Assembly (NCBI GenBank): GCA_003599295.1
Contig: QZJK01000011.1
Coordinates: 13,372-77,371, forward strand
Origin: Candidatus Parcubacteria bacterium
GTDB lineage: Bacteria; Patescibacteriota; Minisyncoccia; Phycocordibacterales; UBA2100
Direction: 5' to 3'
DNA length: 64,000 bases
Within the stretch, counting starts at the first letter, position 1. Every line of letters begins with the position of its first letter. Below are positions 16,222-28,463 of this stretch, one piece after another. Position numbers and translations under genes: made by a program. The notes below the pieces were generated by a model. That model saw nothing but the letters and a program-made list of their open reading frames with translations. It was not told where the DNA came from and did not search any database.

Positions 16222-16938
16222 TCATTGAATGTAGCCGAACTCGCGGAACACTTTTTCGTAGAGGCCGATAACACGCCGAGCTTCGCGCTGATTCAGCGCA
16301 TGTTCGGTGCCATCGTGTGCGATGCGATTCCGTATTTTGTGCGCCTCCCACGCGGCATCGATGGAGTTAAAACTTGCACGGTTTGCTTGCTTCATTTTCT
16401 CCGCCATTGTCTCGCCTTTCAGACCCTGCATATCGAGAAGCTCATTCAGCATGATATCCGCCTCAAGAATGGCGAGGCGCCACCCATGCTCCGCGCCGCC
16501 GCGTGCCTGCTCCAATACCCTCGCCCAGCGAAGCTGGGTTCTCGGAATATCTTTCGAGGCGACCGGTCGTTGTGCGGCCGCAAGCATTTTTCTCTCATGA
16601 CGGCGGAGGAAATATACGCGCGCTCCGCAGTAGGCGGCAACGGCGATGAACGGAAGGCTTACCGCAACGGAAAGGAGCACGAATACGTACCATCCTTGCG
16701 CTATCGCACTATACGTTTCTGGCCCCGACACGCTTTCTAAAAACACGGGAAAATTCGAGGCGCTTAACGGCCACGCGAGCGGACGGACTGCTTCTACGGC
16801 CGGCTCCGCCGCAGGACCTGCGTTATTTATGGAATTGAATATGGTCGCGATGACACTCGGCACCCAATTGAACACGACGTCGCCGAAAAATCCGAACGTA
16901 TCCGACAGCGATTCACCGAGCGTTGGTTCCCCACCCAT
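16222..16938 (-). CDS. Hypothetical membrane protein.
   Basis: 238-aa ORF with hydrophobic segments (WYVFVLLSVAVSLPFIAVAAY) and no recognisable motif. Confidence 0.5.
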   Translation of the reverse strand: MGGEPTLGESLSDTFGFFGDVVFNWVPSVIATIFNSINNAGPAAEPAVEAVRPLAWPLSASNFPVFLESVSGPETYSAIAQGWYVFVLLSVAVSLPFIAVAAYCGARVYFLRRHERKMLAAAQRPVASKDIPRTQLRWARVLEQARGGAEHGWRLAILEADIMLNELLDMQGLKGETMAEKMKQANRASFNSIDAAWEAHKIRNRIAHDGTEHALNQREARRVIGLYEKVFREFGYIQ

Positions 16939-16956
16939 GGCACTAGTATACCGCTA

Positions 16957-18369
16957 CTACGACTTACTTTCGGCGTCCTCCCCTATTGCAAAGAGTGTTT
17001 CTTCCCTGCCGTGCGGAGCGATTATTTGGAACCCGACGGGGAGCGCGACGCCGTCGCGCATAACAGTTCCAGAAGGAACGGAAATAGCGGGCACGCCGGC
17101 GAGATTTGCAGGCGTCGCAAAAATATCTTCCGCATACATTGCAAGCGGATCCGACTTTGCACCAAACGTGAACGCGGGTGAAGGAGTTGTAGGCATAACG
17201 ACCGCGTCTACGCTCTCAAACTCCCGTTCAAAATCAGTGCGGATAAGCTCGCGCACCGCGCGCGCCTTCCGATAATACGCATCCGCGTAGCCTGATGAAA
17301 GCACGAACGTGCCGATAAGGATGCGGCGGCGCACTTCCCGACCGAAACCGAGAGCGCGAGTCTTCGAGTACACTTCTCCTATCGAATCCGCACGCACGGA
17401 GAGCCCGTAGCGAATACCGTCGTAGCGAGCAAGATTCGTCGACGCTTCAGCAGGCTGAATGATGTAGTACACGGCAAGCGAGAAGGCAAGATTCGGGAGT
17501 AGAACATCGCGTATTTTGTAGCCCTTGTCTTTCAGATGCTGGAGCGTTGTTTCGAAACGTTGAAGTACATCAGGCTCGGAACCCTCCGCAAGAAATGCCC
17601 ACGGCACCCCGAGCGTACGCGACTTCGTATCGTTTGCGGTAACGTCAGGAAGCGACGTGCTGTCCTTTGGGTCGTGTCCGCGTATCGCTTCAAATACTAT
17701 GCGCGCATCTTCGACCGTTTTCGTTAATGGACCGATCTGATCGAGCGACGACGCGAGCGCCATCAATCCGAAGCGCGACACCGCGCCATAGGTGGGCTTC
17801 ATGCCGACGATGCCAGTCAAAGACGCTGGCTGGCGGATGGAGCCGCCAGTGTCACTTCCAAGCGCCGCAAGTGCCATTGTGCCGGACACCGCGGCCGCAG
17901 AGCCGCCGGAGGAGCCGCCGGGAACACGCCTCGTATCGTGAGGGTTTTTGGTAACTCCGTACGCTGAAGTCTCGGTGGAGCTGCCCATCGCGAATTCATC
18001 CATGTTCGTGCGGCCCAAGAAGACAACTTTTTGCGCCTTAAGTTTTGTCGTTACTGTCGCATCGTACGATGCACGGTAGTTCTCAAGTATCTTCGAAGCG
18101 GCGGATGCAGTGCGCCCTTCGATAAGAATGTTGTCTTTCATCGCGAGCGGAATGCCGGTCAACGGTTGGATGTCATTCCGTGCTATCGCTTCATCGGCGG
18201 CTTTCGCCTCAGTGCGAGCTTCTTTTTCCCAGACTTCGAGGTATGCGTGGATATCGCCGTCTTTTTTCGCGATCGCATCAAGGTACGCGTTCGTCAGTTC
18301 AAGCGCCGAATATTCCTTAGAATCGAGCGCGCGGCGCGCCTCTGCAATGGTTAAAGATTCAAGATTCAT
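16957..18369 (-). CDS. gatA: Glutamyl-tRNA(Gln) amidotransferase subunit A.
   Basis: Amidase signature GGSSGGSAAAV...GSDTGGSIRQPA. Full length, 470 aa. Confidence 0.95.
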   Translation of the reverse strand: MNLESLTIAEARRALDSKEYSALELTNAYLDAIAKKDGDIHAYLEVWEKEARTEAKAADEAIARNDIQPLTGIPLAMKDNILIEGRTASAASKILENYRASYDATVTTKLKAQKVVFLGRTNMDEFAMGSSTETSAYGVTKNPHDTRRVPGGSSGGSAAAVSGTMALAALGSDTGGSIRQPASLTGIVGMKPTYGAVSRFGLMALASSLDQIGPLTKTVEDARIVFEAIRGHDPKDSTSLPDVTANDTKSRTLGVPWAFLAEGSEPDVLQRFETTLQHLKDKGYKIRDVLLPNLAFSLAVYYIIQPAEASTNLARYDGIRYGLSVRADSIGEVYSKTRALGFGREVRRRILIGTFVLSSGYADAYYRKARAVRELIRTDFEREFESVDAVVMPTTPSPAFTFGAKSDPLAMYAEDIFATPANLAGVPAISVPSGTVMRDGVALPVGFQIIAPHGREETLFAIGEDAESKS

Positions 18370-18372
18370 GAT

Positions 18373-20726
<2,354 letters not shown>

Positions 20727-20744
20727 TTATTCCGCTCTATGCGA

Positions 20745-22175
20745 TTAGTACCGAAGTTCAACTGACCGCTGCAGTGTGCGCGGATTCGTCGAGATAGTGG
20801 CGCAATTCGTACTGAATCCATCCGCGCGAACGGTCGTCCGAACGGCTTGGCTCGCGCCGCTTCGAGTCTTCTCGACAGAGACGTCGACGCAGTACCCGTT
20901 CGGTTCGAACTGGAACGTCTGCGGATTGCCGTAGCTTGTAAACGGGGAGATATTCAAAGCTTCACCGTCGCATGTGGCTGACACTGGTCCTGTGCCCCCA
21001 CTACCTCCACCACCGTCCGCTCCAGCGGGCGTATATGTAATAACGATTATTCCTCCAGCTCCCGCACCTGCGCTCGATGCATCACCTCCTTTGCCGCCTC
21101 CACCTGCTCCATATGACCCACCGGCTCCGCCGCGGCCCTCGTCGCCGCCTCCTGCGCCGCCACCACCTGCACCTTGCGCGCCCCATTCAATACCACTGCC
21201 ACCATTTCCTCCGGTGCCCGGATTTCCGAATCCGCCGCCACCGCCGCCACCGCCGTTGGTACCGCTTTGGCCGGGATCTCCAGAAGAACCTCCCGCGCCA
21301 CCACCTGAACCGGATGAGTTATTTCCTCCTCTGCCACCTGTTTTTCCTGAAGCATTTGCTCCTGCCGTTCCGCCGCCACTGCCACCGCCGCCACCACCCG
21401 CTTCATTTCCTGTACCAGCGCTCCCATTGCCACCGTTCCTTCCGGCGCCATTCGGCCCGGCAGCGCCACCGCCTCCGCCACCGCCGGATACATCGCCGCT
21501 GCCTGAACTTCCCCCACTCCCACCCGCAAATTTCGTCGTGCCAACGCCAGATGTCGGCCCTCCTGCTCCACCAACGTTTCCGTTCCCCGCGCTTCCCCCA
21601 TTCGCACACACTGTTGAATCGGCACAACTTGTGCCATTGAAATACGTATCGCCGCCGCTTCCTCCTTGCCCGCCGCCAGAACCGACGGAATAACCAATGG
21701 AACTCCCGGGCGTGAGATTGACATTCGTTACTTTAGAATACGCGCCGCCACCGCCACCGCCCGTTGGAGAATTGCCGCCGCCGCTATCACCGCCTCCTCC
21801 GCCACCGATGACCTCTATCGAATTGTTGGAATCATTCCAATCGGCGGGGACTGTCCACGAACTGCCCGACGTGCGTACGATGGTGATCTCCGCTCCTCCG
21901 CCACCGCCGCCACCGCCTGCTGCTGCCGGTCCGAATGCTTGATGTCGAAAATCCCAATAGAGAGCGCATTCGGCACCGGTATCTGCCGCATAGAATGCAA
22001 ATTGCGAATCGCGTCCTATTGAAGAGAGCGTGAGCTCCTTTTGCGCGACACCGAAAATCGAGGCGCCCAGCGCAAGCACGATTGACGCAACGAGGGCCGC
22101 CAAAAGAAGCGTAAAGCCGCGCTCTCCGCTTCGCTTCTCTGTCATCTTGTTTATGTATTGAAACATACTCGTCAT
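20745..22175 (-). CDS. Giant glycine-rich type IV pilin-like protein. It has the prepilin N-terminal cleavage/methylation motif.
   Basis: Leader plus G|FTLLLAALVASIVLALG. About 60% of the residues are Gly or Ser (poly-G tracts GGGGGGGG). The C-terminal motif is GIIVITYTP. The start overlaps the upstream stop (ATGA). Confidence 0.7.
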   Translation of the reverse strand: MTSMFQYINKMTEKRSGERGFTLLLAALVASIVLALGASIFGVAQKELTLSSIGRDSQFAFYAADTGAECALYWDFRHQAFGPAAAGGGGGGGGAEITIVRTSGSSWTVPADWNDSNNSIEVIGGGGGGDSGGGNSPTGGGGGGAYSKVTNVNLTPGSSIGYSVGSGGGQGGSGGDTYFNGTSCADSTVCANGGSAGNGNVGGAGGPTSGVGTTKFAGGSGGSSGSGDVSGGGGGGGAAGPNGAGRNGGNGSAGTGNEAGGGGGGSGGGTAGANASGKTGGRGGNNSSGSGGGAGGSSGDPGQSGTNGGGGGGGGFGNPGTGGNGGSGIEWGAQGAGGGGAGGGDEGRGGAGGSYGAGGGGKGGDASSAGAGAGGIIVITYTPAGADGGGGSGGTGPVSATCDGEALNISPFTSYGNPQTFQFEPNGYCVDVSVEKTRSGASQAVRTTVRADGFSTNCATISTNPRTLQRSVELRY

Positions 22176-23338
22176 TCCCAGGTTATTTCTACACGGCCAG
22201 GTGCACCCGCGCCTCCAGGACCGCCCCCTGTGCCTCCGAGGCCTCCGCCTCCGACAACGACCGTCATTTGAGAACCGGCGCTTAGGCTTCCGGCAGAGTA
22301 CGTTCTGCTCACGTATCCTCCGCTTCCACCGCCTCCGCCGTGGATCGTTCCTGAACCTTCGTCGCCGCCACCGCCGCCGGCACCGGGTGCGCTCCCAGTC
22401 GAGCCGGCTGTATTGTTGCCCCCCACGCCACCAGCGCCTCCGTCTCCGGGTGCACTTCCGCCTGCGCCGCCAGCGGCTGACGTCGTGTTTATGCCGGAAT
22501 TTCCGGGAGTGTTAACCGTCCCGCCTGTAGCAGTCCCGCCAGCACCTCCTTGGCCGCCGCCGGAGTATCCGCCTCTGCCGCCTTGACCACCGCCCGCTGT
22601 CCGCGTAGCGCCAGCGACTGTTATCGATGTGGCGCCACCAGGGTCTCCATCTCCCGCGGAGCCGCTTGCTTCCGAGCCACCGCCCGCGCCGCCGCCCCAA
22701 AGCTTCACGACGAGGCTCGTCGCATACTCGGGCACCAAGAACGTGTATTGGCCGGGAACGGAGAACGTAATCGCGTTTCCAGATGCTGTATCGTCGCCTC
22801 CACCACCGGACACGGAAGAGTCCGCTATCCAACGGTAGAGATTCTCCGATATCGTGAATGTGCGTGTCTGGAATGAACCGGAGCGCCAAGAAACGGTGAC
22901 CGACACCCGCACTTCATCGTCATTGCCCGACACGGGTTCCGCGCGCACCGTGCGCGTGAAGCGTGTAGCGACCCACGGCGACCCGTTCTCGTATCCATAG
23001 AGTTCCCCGTCCGTTTTAAGAGGCGGACACGTCACCGGACACTGCGTCATGCTGCCATTCCGGGTATCAACGGTGAATGGCTGGCCGGTGATGGAGGGAA
23101 TGCCGGTCAGAAGGTCCACTGAAGCACCCAGTGCATTCTGAAGAATATTCCCATCGCGCACATTGCGAACGGTTTCAACAGCTTCCTGCGCAAGATGGAA
23201 TGCCGTTATCTGGTCTCTCGCATAGTACGCGGCCGAAAGACTGCGCGCCGTAAGCGTCATCGGCGCGACGACTGCGACCGTAAGGAGCGAGACCGCCACC
23301 AATGTTTCTATGAGTGTGAAGCCTTTTTTCATGGTCAT
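22172..23338 (-). CDS. Giant glycine-rich type IV pilin-like protein.
   Basis: MTMKKG|FTLIETLVAVSLL prepilin motif. C-terminal region SLVVKLWGGGAGGG...GAPGRVEITWE. ATGA overlap with the upstream pilin gene. Confidence 0.7.
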   Translation of the reverse strand: MTMKKGFTLIETLVAVSLLTVAVVAPMTLTARSLSAAYYARDQITAFHLAQEAVETVRNVRDGNILQNALGASVDLLTGIPSITGQPFTVDTRNGSMTQCPVTCPPLKTDGELYGYENGSPWVATRFTRTVRAEPVSGNDDEVRVSVTVSWRSGSFQTRTFTISENLYRWIADSSVSGGGGDDTASGNAITFSVPGQYTFLVPEYATSLVVKLWGGGAGGGSEASGSAGDGDPGGATSITVAGATRTAGGGQGGRGGYSGGGQGGAGGTATGGTVNTPGNSGINTTSAAGGAGGSAPGDGGAGGVGGNNTAGSTGSAPGAGGGGGDEGSGTIHGGGGGSGGYVSRTYSAGSLSAGSQMTVVVGGGGLGGTGGGPGGAGAPGRVEITWE

Positions 23339-23901
23339 AGGTCAAGGGCGCGCTGGACGGCGGTCGCTTGGATGTGGAACGTGGTGCGCGTTTTTACCTT
23401 GTCCGCGCCCGCGGTCCCTTTGATGGAAATGACCACTTTCGGCTGGCTCGTGTCGCCCGGCGTCGTGCCGATGACGTAGAATTTCATGCTGTCGATAGTG
23501 ACGGACGGTGAAGTAATGGCGATCGAATTTTGACCGGAATTCTCCGATTTATAAATGCGTTTGGTCGACGCATCGTAGAGGTATACCCATTGGTCGCCTG
23601 CATCACCTCTGTCTCCCCCGAATGCCTCGAATGCGAGCACGGTGTCGCCGTTCCCGCAATCGCGCGCCAGAGAATACTCTCCTCCACCGCAATGGTAGAC
23701 GCTCCCCATGCGAAGTGCGCGCACCATGCTGTCGAGTGCAATATTCAAATTGTTCATGACGGAATGAAGCGCCTGAGTTTTCCGATTCGCATCAACGAGC
23801 GAAAGAAGGGCCGTGACGGAAACGAGCATGACGACAGCGAAGAGCGCCGTCGAAACTATCATTTCAATGAGCGTAAATCCTTTATCTCCTTTCATGCTCA
23901 T
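23335..23901 (-). CDS. Type IV pilin/pseudopilin-like protein.
   Basis: MSMKGDKG|FTLIEMIVSTALFAVV prepilin motif. Confidence 0.75.
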   Translation of the reverse strand: MSMKGDKGFTLIEMIVSTALFAVVMLVSVTALLSLVDANRKTQALHSVMNNLNIALDSMVRALRMGSVYHCGGGEYSLARDCGNGDTVLAFEAFGGDRGDAGDQWVYLYDASTKRIYKSENSGQNSIAITSPSVTIDSMKFYVIGTTPGDTSQPKVVISIKGTAGADKVKTRTTFHIQATAVQRALDL

Positions 23902-23904
23902 ACA

Positions 23905-24558
23905 TTATTGAACGGATATCTGTCCCGTGGACTCGACAATGACGCTTGCCTGGTCGCCCCGCGGCGATTCGAGGAGGACGCGTCCGCGTTCGTAGAGGGC
24001 TGCCGGATTCGCGACACCAGAGATGCCGTTCGCGCTGATGAAGGCATCTGGCTCCGGCCGTCGGAACATCAGGTCAAGCCTATTTAATCCGCATGTTTCC
24101 GTGGTGCTTCCCGGCGCAGTTACGCAAATATCGGCGGTATGAAATCCTCTCTGCATCGTTATCGACTCGACGAGTTCGTTCTGATTCGATTGGTATATGC
24201 CGTCTCCCGTCGCGGAAGGAAATGTGTCCGCGAACAAGACGTACACCGTGGGAGAATTGATGCTGAAATGCATGCCATATCCTGCGCTGAACTCGCTCTC
24301 GCCAAAACGGCGCACTGCTATCCCGTACACTTGCGCCTTCCGTACGGACAACGCGACATCATAGGCAAGGTTCTCAAGTAAAATCGCGCCTCCGAATCGG
24401 GCGTTATTCGCGAGCATGATACCGGTAATGAGGACAAGTATCCCGGTGACCACGATAAGCTCCGCCAAGGTGAAGCCCCGTTCTTTCCGCCGGCTTGGTT
24501 TCGTTCCATGCGAAAAACCATTAGCGGTCTCTGGATTCGCGGAATGTACTCGGCTCAT
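23905..24558 (-). CDS. Type IV pilin/pseudopilin-like protein.
   Basis: RKERG|FTLAELIVVTGILVLITGI prepilin motif. ATG 24558 overlaps the pilD stop (ATGA coupling); the ORF track start at 24606 would give an implausibly long leader. Confidence 0.7.
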   Translation of the reverse strand: MSRVHSANPETANGFSHGTKPSRRKERGFTLAELIVVTGILVLITGIMLANNARFGGAILLENLAYDVALSVRKAQVYGIAVRRFGESEFSAGYGMHFSINSPTVYVLFADTFPSATGDGIYQSNQNELVESITMQRGFHTADICVTAPGSTTETCGLNRLDLMFRRPEPDAFISANGISGVANPAALYERGRVLLESPRGDQASVIVESTGQISVQ

Positions 24559-25364
24559 AGGGGCAGGGGAAGCGCGTATAGGTGCGCGAACCACACGATT
24601 AGGCAACTCGCGACGAGAAATGGCCCGAACGGCACCTCGCTTTTCATTGTAAATCGCATTCGCCCATCACGGAATGCGGGTATGGGAATAAGTGTCCGCA
24701 CGAATCCCTGCACTGCATCGCTAGACATCGCAAGAAGCGGCAAGGAGACGGCTGCGCCCAGAATGAATGCGAAGAGGACCGCTATGAGGCCGCCCTCAAT
24801 GCCGAGGAGCCATCCTATCGAGAGCGCCAGCTTCGAATCGCCGAGGCCCATCCATTTCCCGTCCGATACGAGCCACAGAAGAAAAAGTGGGAGCGCAGTC
24901 AAAGGCCCCGCGAGTACCGCAAAAGCGTATGAAGCGCCTGTGCCGACGACCCCAAAGAGAGCCGCGGAGAGCGTAAGTATGCCGCACATAAGCACCCATC
25001 GGTCGGGAATGATGGTCGTGCGGAGGTCATGCACGGCGATAGCGAGGAGAAGTGCCGCGATGGGGAGTGCCACGAGTTTGAACGGTAGCTCTATGGGAGC
25101 GGCACCGATGAGCGCGAACAATACCGCAGTAGAGAGTTCAACAAGCGGATACTGGAGGGAAATACGCGCTTTGCAATCTCGACAGCGGCCGCCGAGGAGC
25201 ACCCATGAAAGAACGGGTACGAGATCATGTGACCGAATGCGCGCCCTGCATGAGGGACAGACGCTTCGACCGGAGATAGTTTCTTTCCCTTCTCGCAGAA
25301 CGAGAACGTTCAAGAAACTCCCGACGATGAGGCCGAACGAACCGAATACAAGGACGAGTGTCAT
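24555..25364 (-). CDS. pilD: Prepilin peptidase (A24 family).
   Basis: N-terminal Cys-rich zinc motif CPSC...CRDC. Multiple TM helices and a conserved Asp-containing region (LGDSKLALSIG). Confidence 0.85.
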   Translation of the reverse strand: MTLVLVFGSFGLIVGSFLNVLVLREGKETISGRSVCPSCRARIRSHDLVPVLSWVLLGGRCRDCKARISLQYPLVELSTAVLFALIGAAPIELPFKLVALPIAALLLAIAVHDLRTTIIPDRWVLMCGILTLSAALFGVVGTGASYAFAVLAGPLTALPLFLLWLVSDGKWMGLGDSKLALSIGWLLGIEGGLIAVLFAFILGAAVSLPLLAMSSDAVQGFVRTLIPIPAFRDGRMRFTMKSEVPFGPFLVASCLIVWFAHLYALPLPL

Positions 25365-25382
25365 TAGGAAGGATTATCGCAC

Positions 25383-25407
25383 AAAACCCCGCACGAGGCG
25401 GGGTTTT
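25383..25407 (-). terminator. Rho-independent terminator after pilA: aaaaccccgc-acgag-gcggggtttt. It is bidirectionally symmetric.
   Basis: Stem plus U-run, read directly. Confidence 0.6.
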
Positions 25408-25431
25408 GATGCCGATTGTTTTGCTCTACGA

Positions 25432-25929
25432 TTATGGCTTCACGTCGTAGACAGGATCGGTGCCGGCAAAGTCAGCACCGCTTCCCGTACAGATACCGGT
25501 GCTTGCCGCGGCATCCGCGTCCGAATCAAGCGCCGCGTTGTTGGTGATCTCGAGCGTCGCTCCGAGGTGATACGAGGAGCAGGTCGTTCCGGAGCCGAGT
25601 GCCGCGTACGAGTAGGGGCTTCCTGTCGACGGATCCTCGGGGATAGCCGAGATGAACCCGCCCGTTACGAGAGGACTGCTTGCCGTCGTTCCGATGGTTG
25701 TGGGGTATCCCGTCGTCGGGTTCGAGTCGTAATACAGTTCAAGCGCAAGCTGGAGCTGCTTGACATCGGAGACGCGTCGCGCGTCGCGGCCCTTCTGGCG
25801 AGCGCTATTGAGGGACGCCAACACGATAGACGAGAGAATACCGATTATCGCGATCACGACGAGAAGTTCGATCAGGGTGAATCCTTTCGATCCCCGTATA
25901 CCGTAACCGCGCATTGAAATAAGTGGCAT
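25432..25929 (-). CDS. pilA: Type IV major pilin.
   Basis: Leader...GSKG|FTLIELLVVIAIIGILSSIVLASLNSAR is the classic type IVa pilin N-terminus. A start at M25914 is also possible. It is followed by a strong terminator, as expected for a highly expressed pilin. Confidence 0.85.
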   Translation of the reverse strand: MPLISMRGYGIRGSKGFTLIELLVVIAIIGILSSIVLASLNSARQKGRDARRVSDVKQLQLALELYYDSNPTTGYPTTIGTTASSPLVTGGFISAIPEDPSTGSPYSYAALGSGTTCSSYHLGATLEITNNAALDSDADAAASTGICTGSGADFAGTDPVYDVKP

Positions 25930-26060
25930 GAGTCTTATATGCTATTAGTTGATAATTAAGGTGTACCCGTATTGTACCCCCTCTCTTCTTCGAGGGGAGA
26001 CGACCTGTGGATAGTTCATTTTTCTTGAAAAAGCCCCAGATTTCAGGGATTTTTAATCCA

Positions 26061-27272
26061 TTAGAATCCAGAGGCGATATTATAAATAGGGATGAGGACC
26101 GAGGCGAGAAGGACGGCAACGCCGAGCGCAAGCGCGACTATCATGATGGGCTCGATGAGGGAGACCAGCGTGTCAACCGAGTGATTCACCTCACGGCGGT
26201 AGAATTTGCCCATGGTGTCGAGCACGTGGCTCGTATTACCCGTCTCCTCACCTATCTTCAACATTGCGACGACGATACCCGGAACCTCGGGGTGTTTCCG
26301 CAAGGCCTCGGAGACCGGAAGTCCCGATTTTACGTCAGTCGCAGCCGCCTTAAGTATTTTTTCATAGGTGACGTCACCGACGACATTCGCGGTTATCTCG
26401 AGGCTGTTCAGCATTTGGATGCCGCTTCGGAGCATGGTGGAAAGGTTGTCCGCGATGCGGGAAAGGTAGAGCTTTTTGTAAATGCCTCCGATGACAGGGA
26501 CTTGCATGCGCGCTCGCGAATACGTCTCCTTCCCCGCCGGTGTCGTCCCGAAGCGTACGAGAAAGATGCCGCTCCCGACCAAGAGGATGCTTAAGAGAAG
26601 AATGTGCGTAGAGAGGAACTCGCTGATGCCTATCACGATGCGCGTATATATCGGTATGTCCTGGCCCACTTCGTTCAAAATGTCCGCGAGATTCGGGATG
26701 ACGACCGTCAGCATGATGCCCATGACGACGACGAACGTAAGCATGATAAAAGCCGGGTAGATAAGAGCATTCCGCGCTTTCTGTGTTATTTCATAGTTCC
26801 TGTCGAGATAATCCGAGAGGAACGTAAAGGTCTCGTCCAGTTTTCCGGACTCTTCGCCGACGCGCACCATGTTGACATAGAATGGAGAGAACACGTCCGG
26901 ATGCCTCGAGAGTGCGTTCGATATCGTGCTGCCGTTCTGGATGTCATTCGCTATCTCGAGCAGTTTTGCCCCTAGTTTCGGCGTTCGCGCTTCGGCAGCA
27001 AGAAGACGGAACGCGCGAAGCGCGGATACTTGTGCTTCGAAAAGCGTCGTCATTTGCCGCGAAATAATGACGATGTCAGCGTTCGTGACGCGGTCGAACA
27101 AGCTGATGCGACTCAAAAGCGCCGAGGATTTCTCTTCGACCGGATTAATAGCCGATATCACCAGACTGCGCCGCTGGAGCGCCGCTATCGCCACGTCGAT
27201 ATTAATGGCATCAATGGTCCCCTGACGCTCGGCGCCTTCGGCATCGATGGCTGTATAGGAGAACAAACTCAT
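26061..27272 (-). CDS. pilC: Type IV pilus platform protein (GspF family).
   Basis: Two repeated GspF domains with three TM segments, 403 aa. Confidence 0.9.
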   Translation of the reverse strand: MSLFSYTAIDAEGAERQGTIDAINIDVAIAALQRRSLVISAINPVEEKSSALLSRISLFDRVTNADIVIISRQMTTLFEAQVSALRAFRLLAAEARTPKLGAKLLEIANDIQNGSTISNALSRHPDVFSPFYVNMVRVGEESGKLDETFTFLSDYLDRNYEITQKARNALIYPAFIMLTFVVVMGIMLTVVIPNLADILNEVGQDIPIYTRIVIGISEFLSTHILLLSILLVGSGIFLVRFGTTPAGKETYSRARMQVPVIGGIYKKLYLSRIADNLSTMLRSGIQMLNSLEITANVVGDVTYEKILKAAATDVKSGLPVSEALRKHPEVPGIVVAMLKIGEETGNTSHVLDTMGKFYRREVNHSVDTLVSLIEPIMIVALALGVAVLLASVLIPIYNIASGF

Positions 27273-27281
27273 AGCCAGTCC

Positions 27282-28346
27282 CTAGAGAAGCCGCTGAAGC
27301 ACATTTGGATTCAGCGAGTATTGGTACGCGCTCTCGACGGTAATCTCGCCGCGCGCGACCAATTCCGCGAGCGAGCGGTTCATGTCTATCATGCCCTCCC
27401 CGGAACCGGTCTCGATGACCGTGTTTATTTCGTGCGTCCGCTTCTCGCGGATGAGATTCGCGACCGCCTTGTTGTTGACGAGGAGCTCATATGTCGGAAT
27501 GAGGCCGCCGGAGACGCGCGGAATAAGGCGCTGACTGAAGATGCCGGCCATGGAAGCCGCGAGCTGGAGCCGTATCTGGTCCTGCTGCGATGCGGGGAAG
27601 GTGTCGATGATGCGGTCGATGGTCTGTGCGGCATTGTTCGTATGAAGCGTCGAGAAGACGAGGTGTCCGGTCTCCGCAGCTGTGACTGCGGCGGCCATCG
27701 TCTCCGGTCCACGCATCTCGCCAACGAGAATGACGTCTACGTCTTGGCGAAAAGCCGATTGGAGCGCAGTCGCGAAATCTTTCGTGTCAATGCGCACTTC
27801 GCGCTGGTCTATGAGCGACTGCTTCGGCTGATAGACGTATTCCACCGGGTCCTCGATGGTCACGATATGTTCCATTCTCTCGACATTGATGAGTTCTATG
27901 AGGGCGGCGAGGGTCGTGGTCTTTCCTTGCCCCACCGGCCCGACCACCAAGAAGAATCCTTGGGATTTGCGGGCGAAGCTGGTCAGGACGTCCGGCAAAT
28001 TCAATTCCTGTACCGTACGGATGGTTTTTGGTATCAGACGAAGCGCGATACCGACGCTTCCTCTCTGAAAGAACGCATTGCCTCGGAATCGGGCGTTTTC
28101 ATCGCTTTCATAGGCAAAGTCCACTTCCTGCTCGACAAGAAAATGCTCCATTTGCTTATCCGTGAGGAGAGCTTTCAAGAAACCCATCGTGTCATCGGGC
28201 GTCAGAGGCGGCTCCTTCAGCATGGGCGTGAGGGCGCCGGCGACGCGGATGGTCGGATGCGCGTCTGTTGAGAAGTGGAGGTCGCTTCCGCCCTCGTGCT
28301 CAAGGACGTTTATGTATTTTTTGAGCGTTGCCGCGTAGTCTGTCAT
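27282..28346 (-). CDS. pilT: Twitching-motility retraction ATPase.
   Basis: Walker A GPVGQGKTTT, Asp box, Walker B VILVGEMR, His box TLHTN. 354 aa, with no N-terminal extension; this is PilT/PilU-like rather than PilB. Confidence 0.9.
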   Translation of the reverse strand: MTDYAATLKKYINVLEHEGGSDLHFSTDAHPTIRVAGALTPMLKEPPLTPDDTMGFLKALLTDKQMEHFLVEQEVDFAYESDENARFRGNAFFQRGSVGIALRLIPKTIRTVQELNLPDVLTSFARKSQGFFLVVGPVGQGKTTTLAALIELINVERMEHIVTIEDPVEYVYQPKQSLIDQREVRIDTKDFATALQSAFRQDVDVILVGEMRGPETMAAAVTAAETGHLVFSTLHTNNAAQTIDRIIDTFPASQQDQIRLQLAASMAGIFSQRLIPRVSGGLIPTYELLVNNKAVANLIREKRTHEINTVIETGSGEGMIDMNRSLAELVARGEITVESAYQYSLNPNVLQRLL

Positions 28347-28463
28347 GATATGTTCAATGAACGCCCGAGTGAAGCGTACACCTGTGATTTTAACACCTTT
28401 CTTTTCAATGCCGGCTTGAAACTGTGAGTATCCGGCAAGAGTCGGCGGTCGTCCGAAGGCGCG

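Noticed and set aside
20974-21693. 239-aa Pro-rich ORF on the plus strand (PPLPPPP...).
   Set aside because: It is the exact antisense of the Gly-rich pilin gene; GGN codons read as NCC on the other strand. There are no independent signals.
24508-25917. 469-aa plus-strand Arg/Ser-rich ORF.
   Set aside because: Antisense of pilD and pilA, with low-complexity composition.
27030-28271. 413-aa plus-strand ORF.
   Set aside because: Antisense of pilT.
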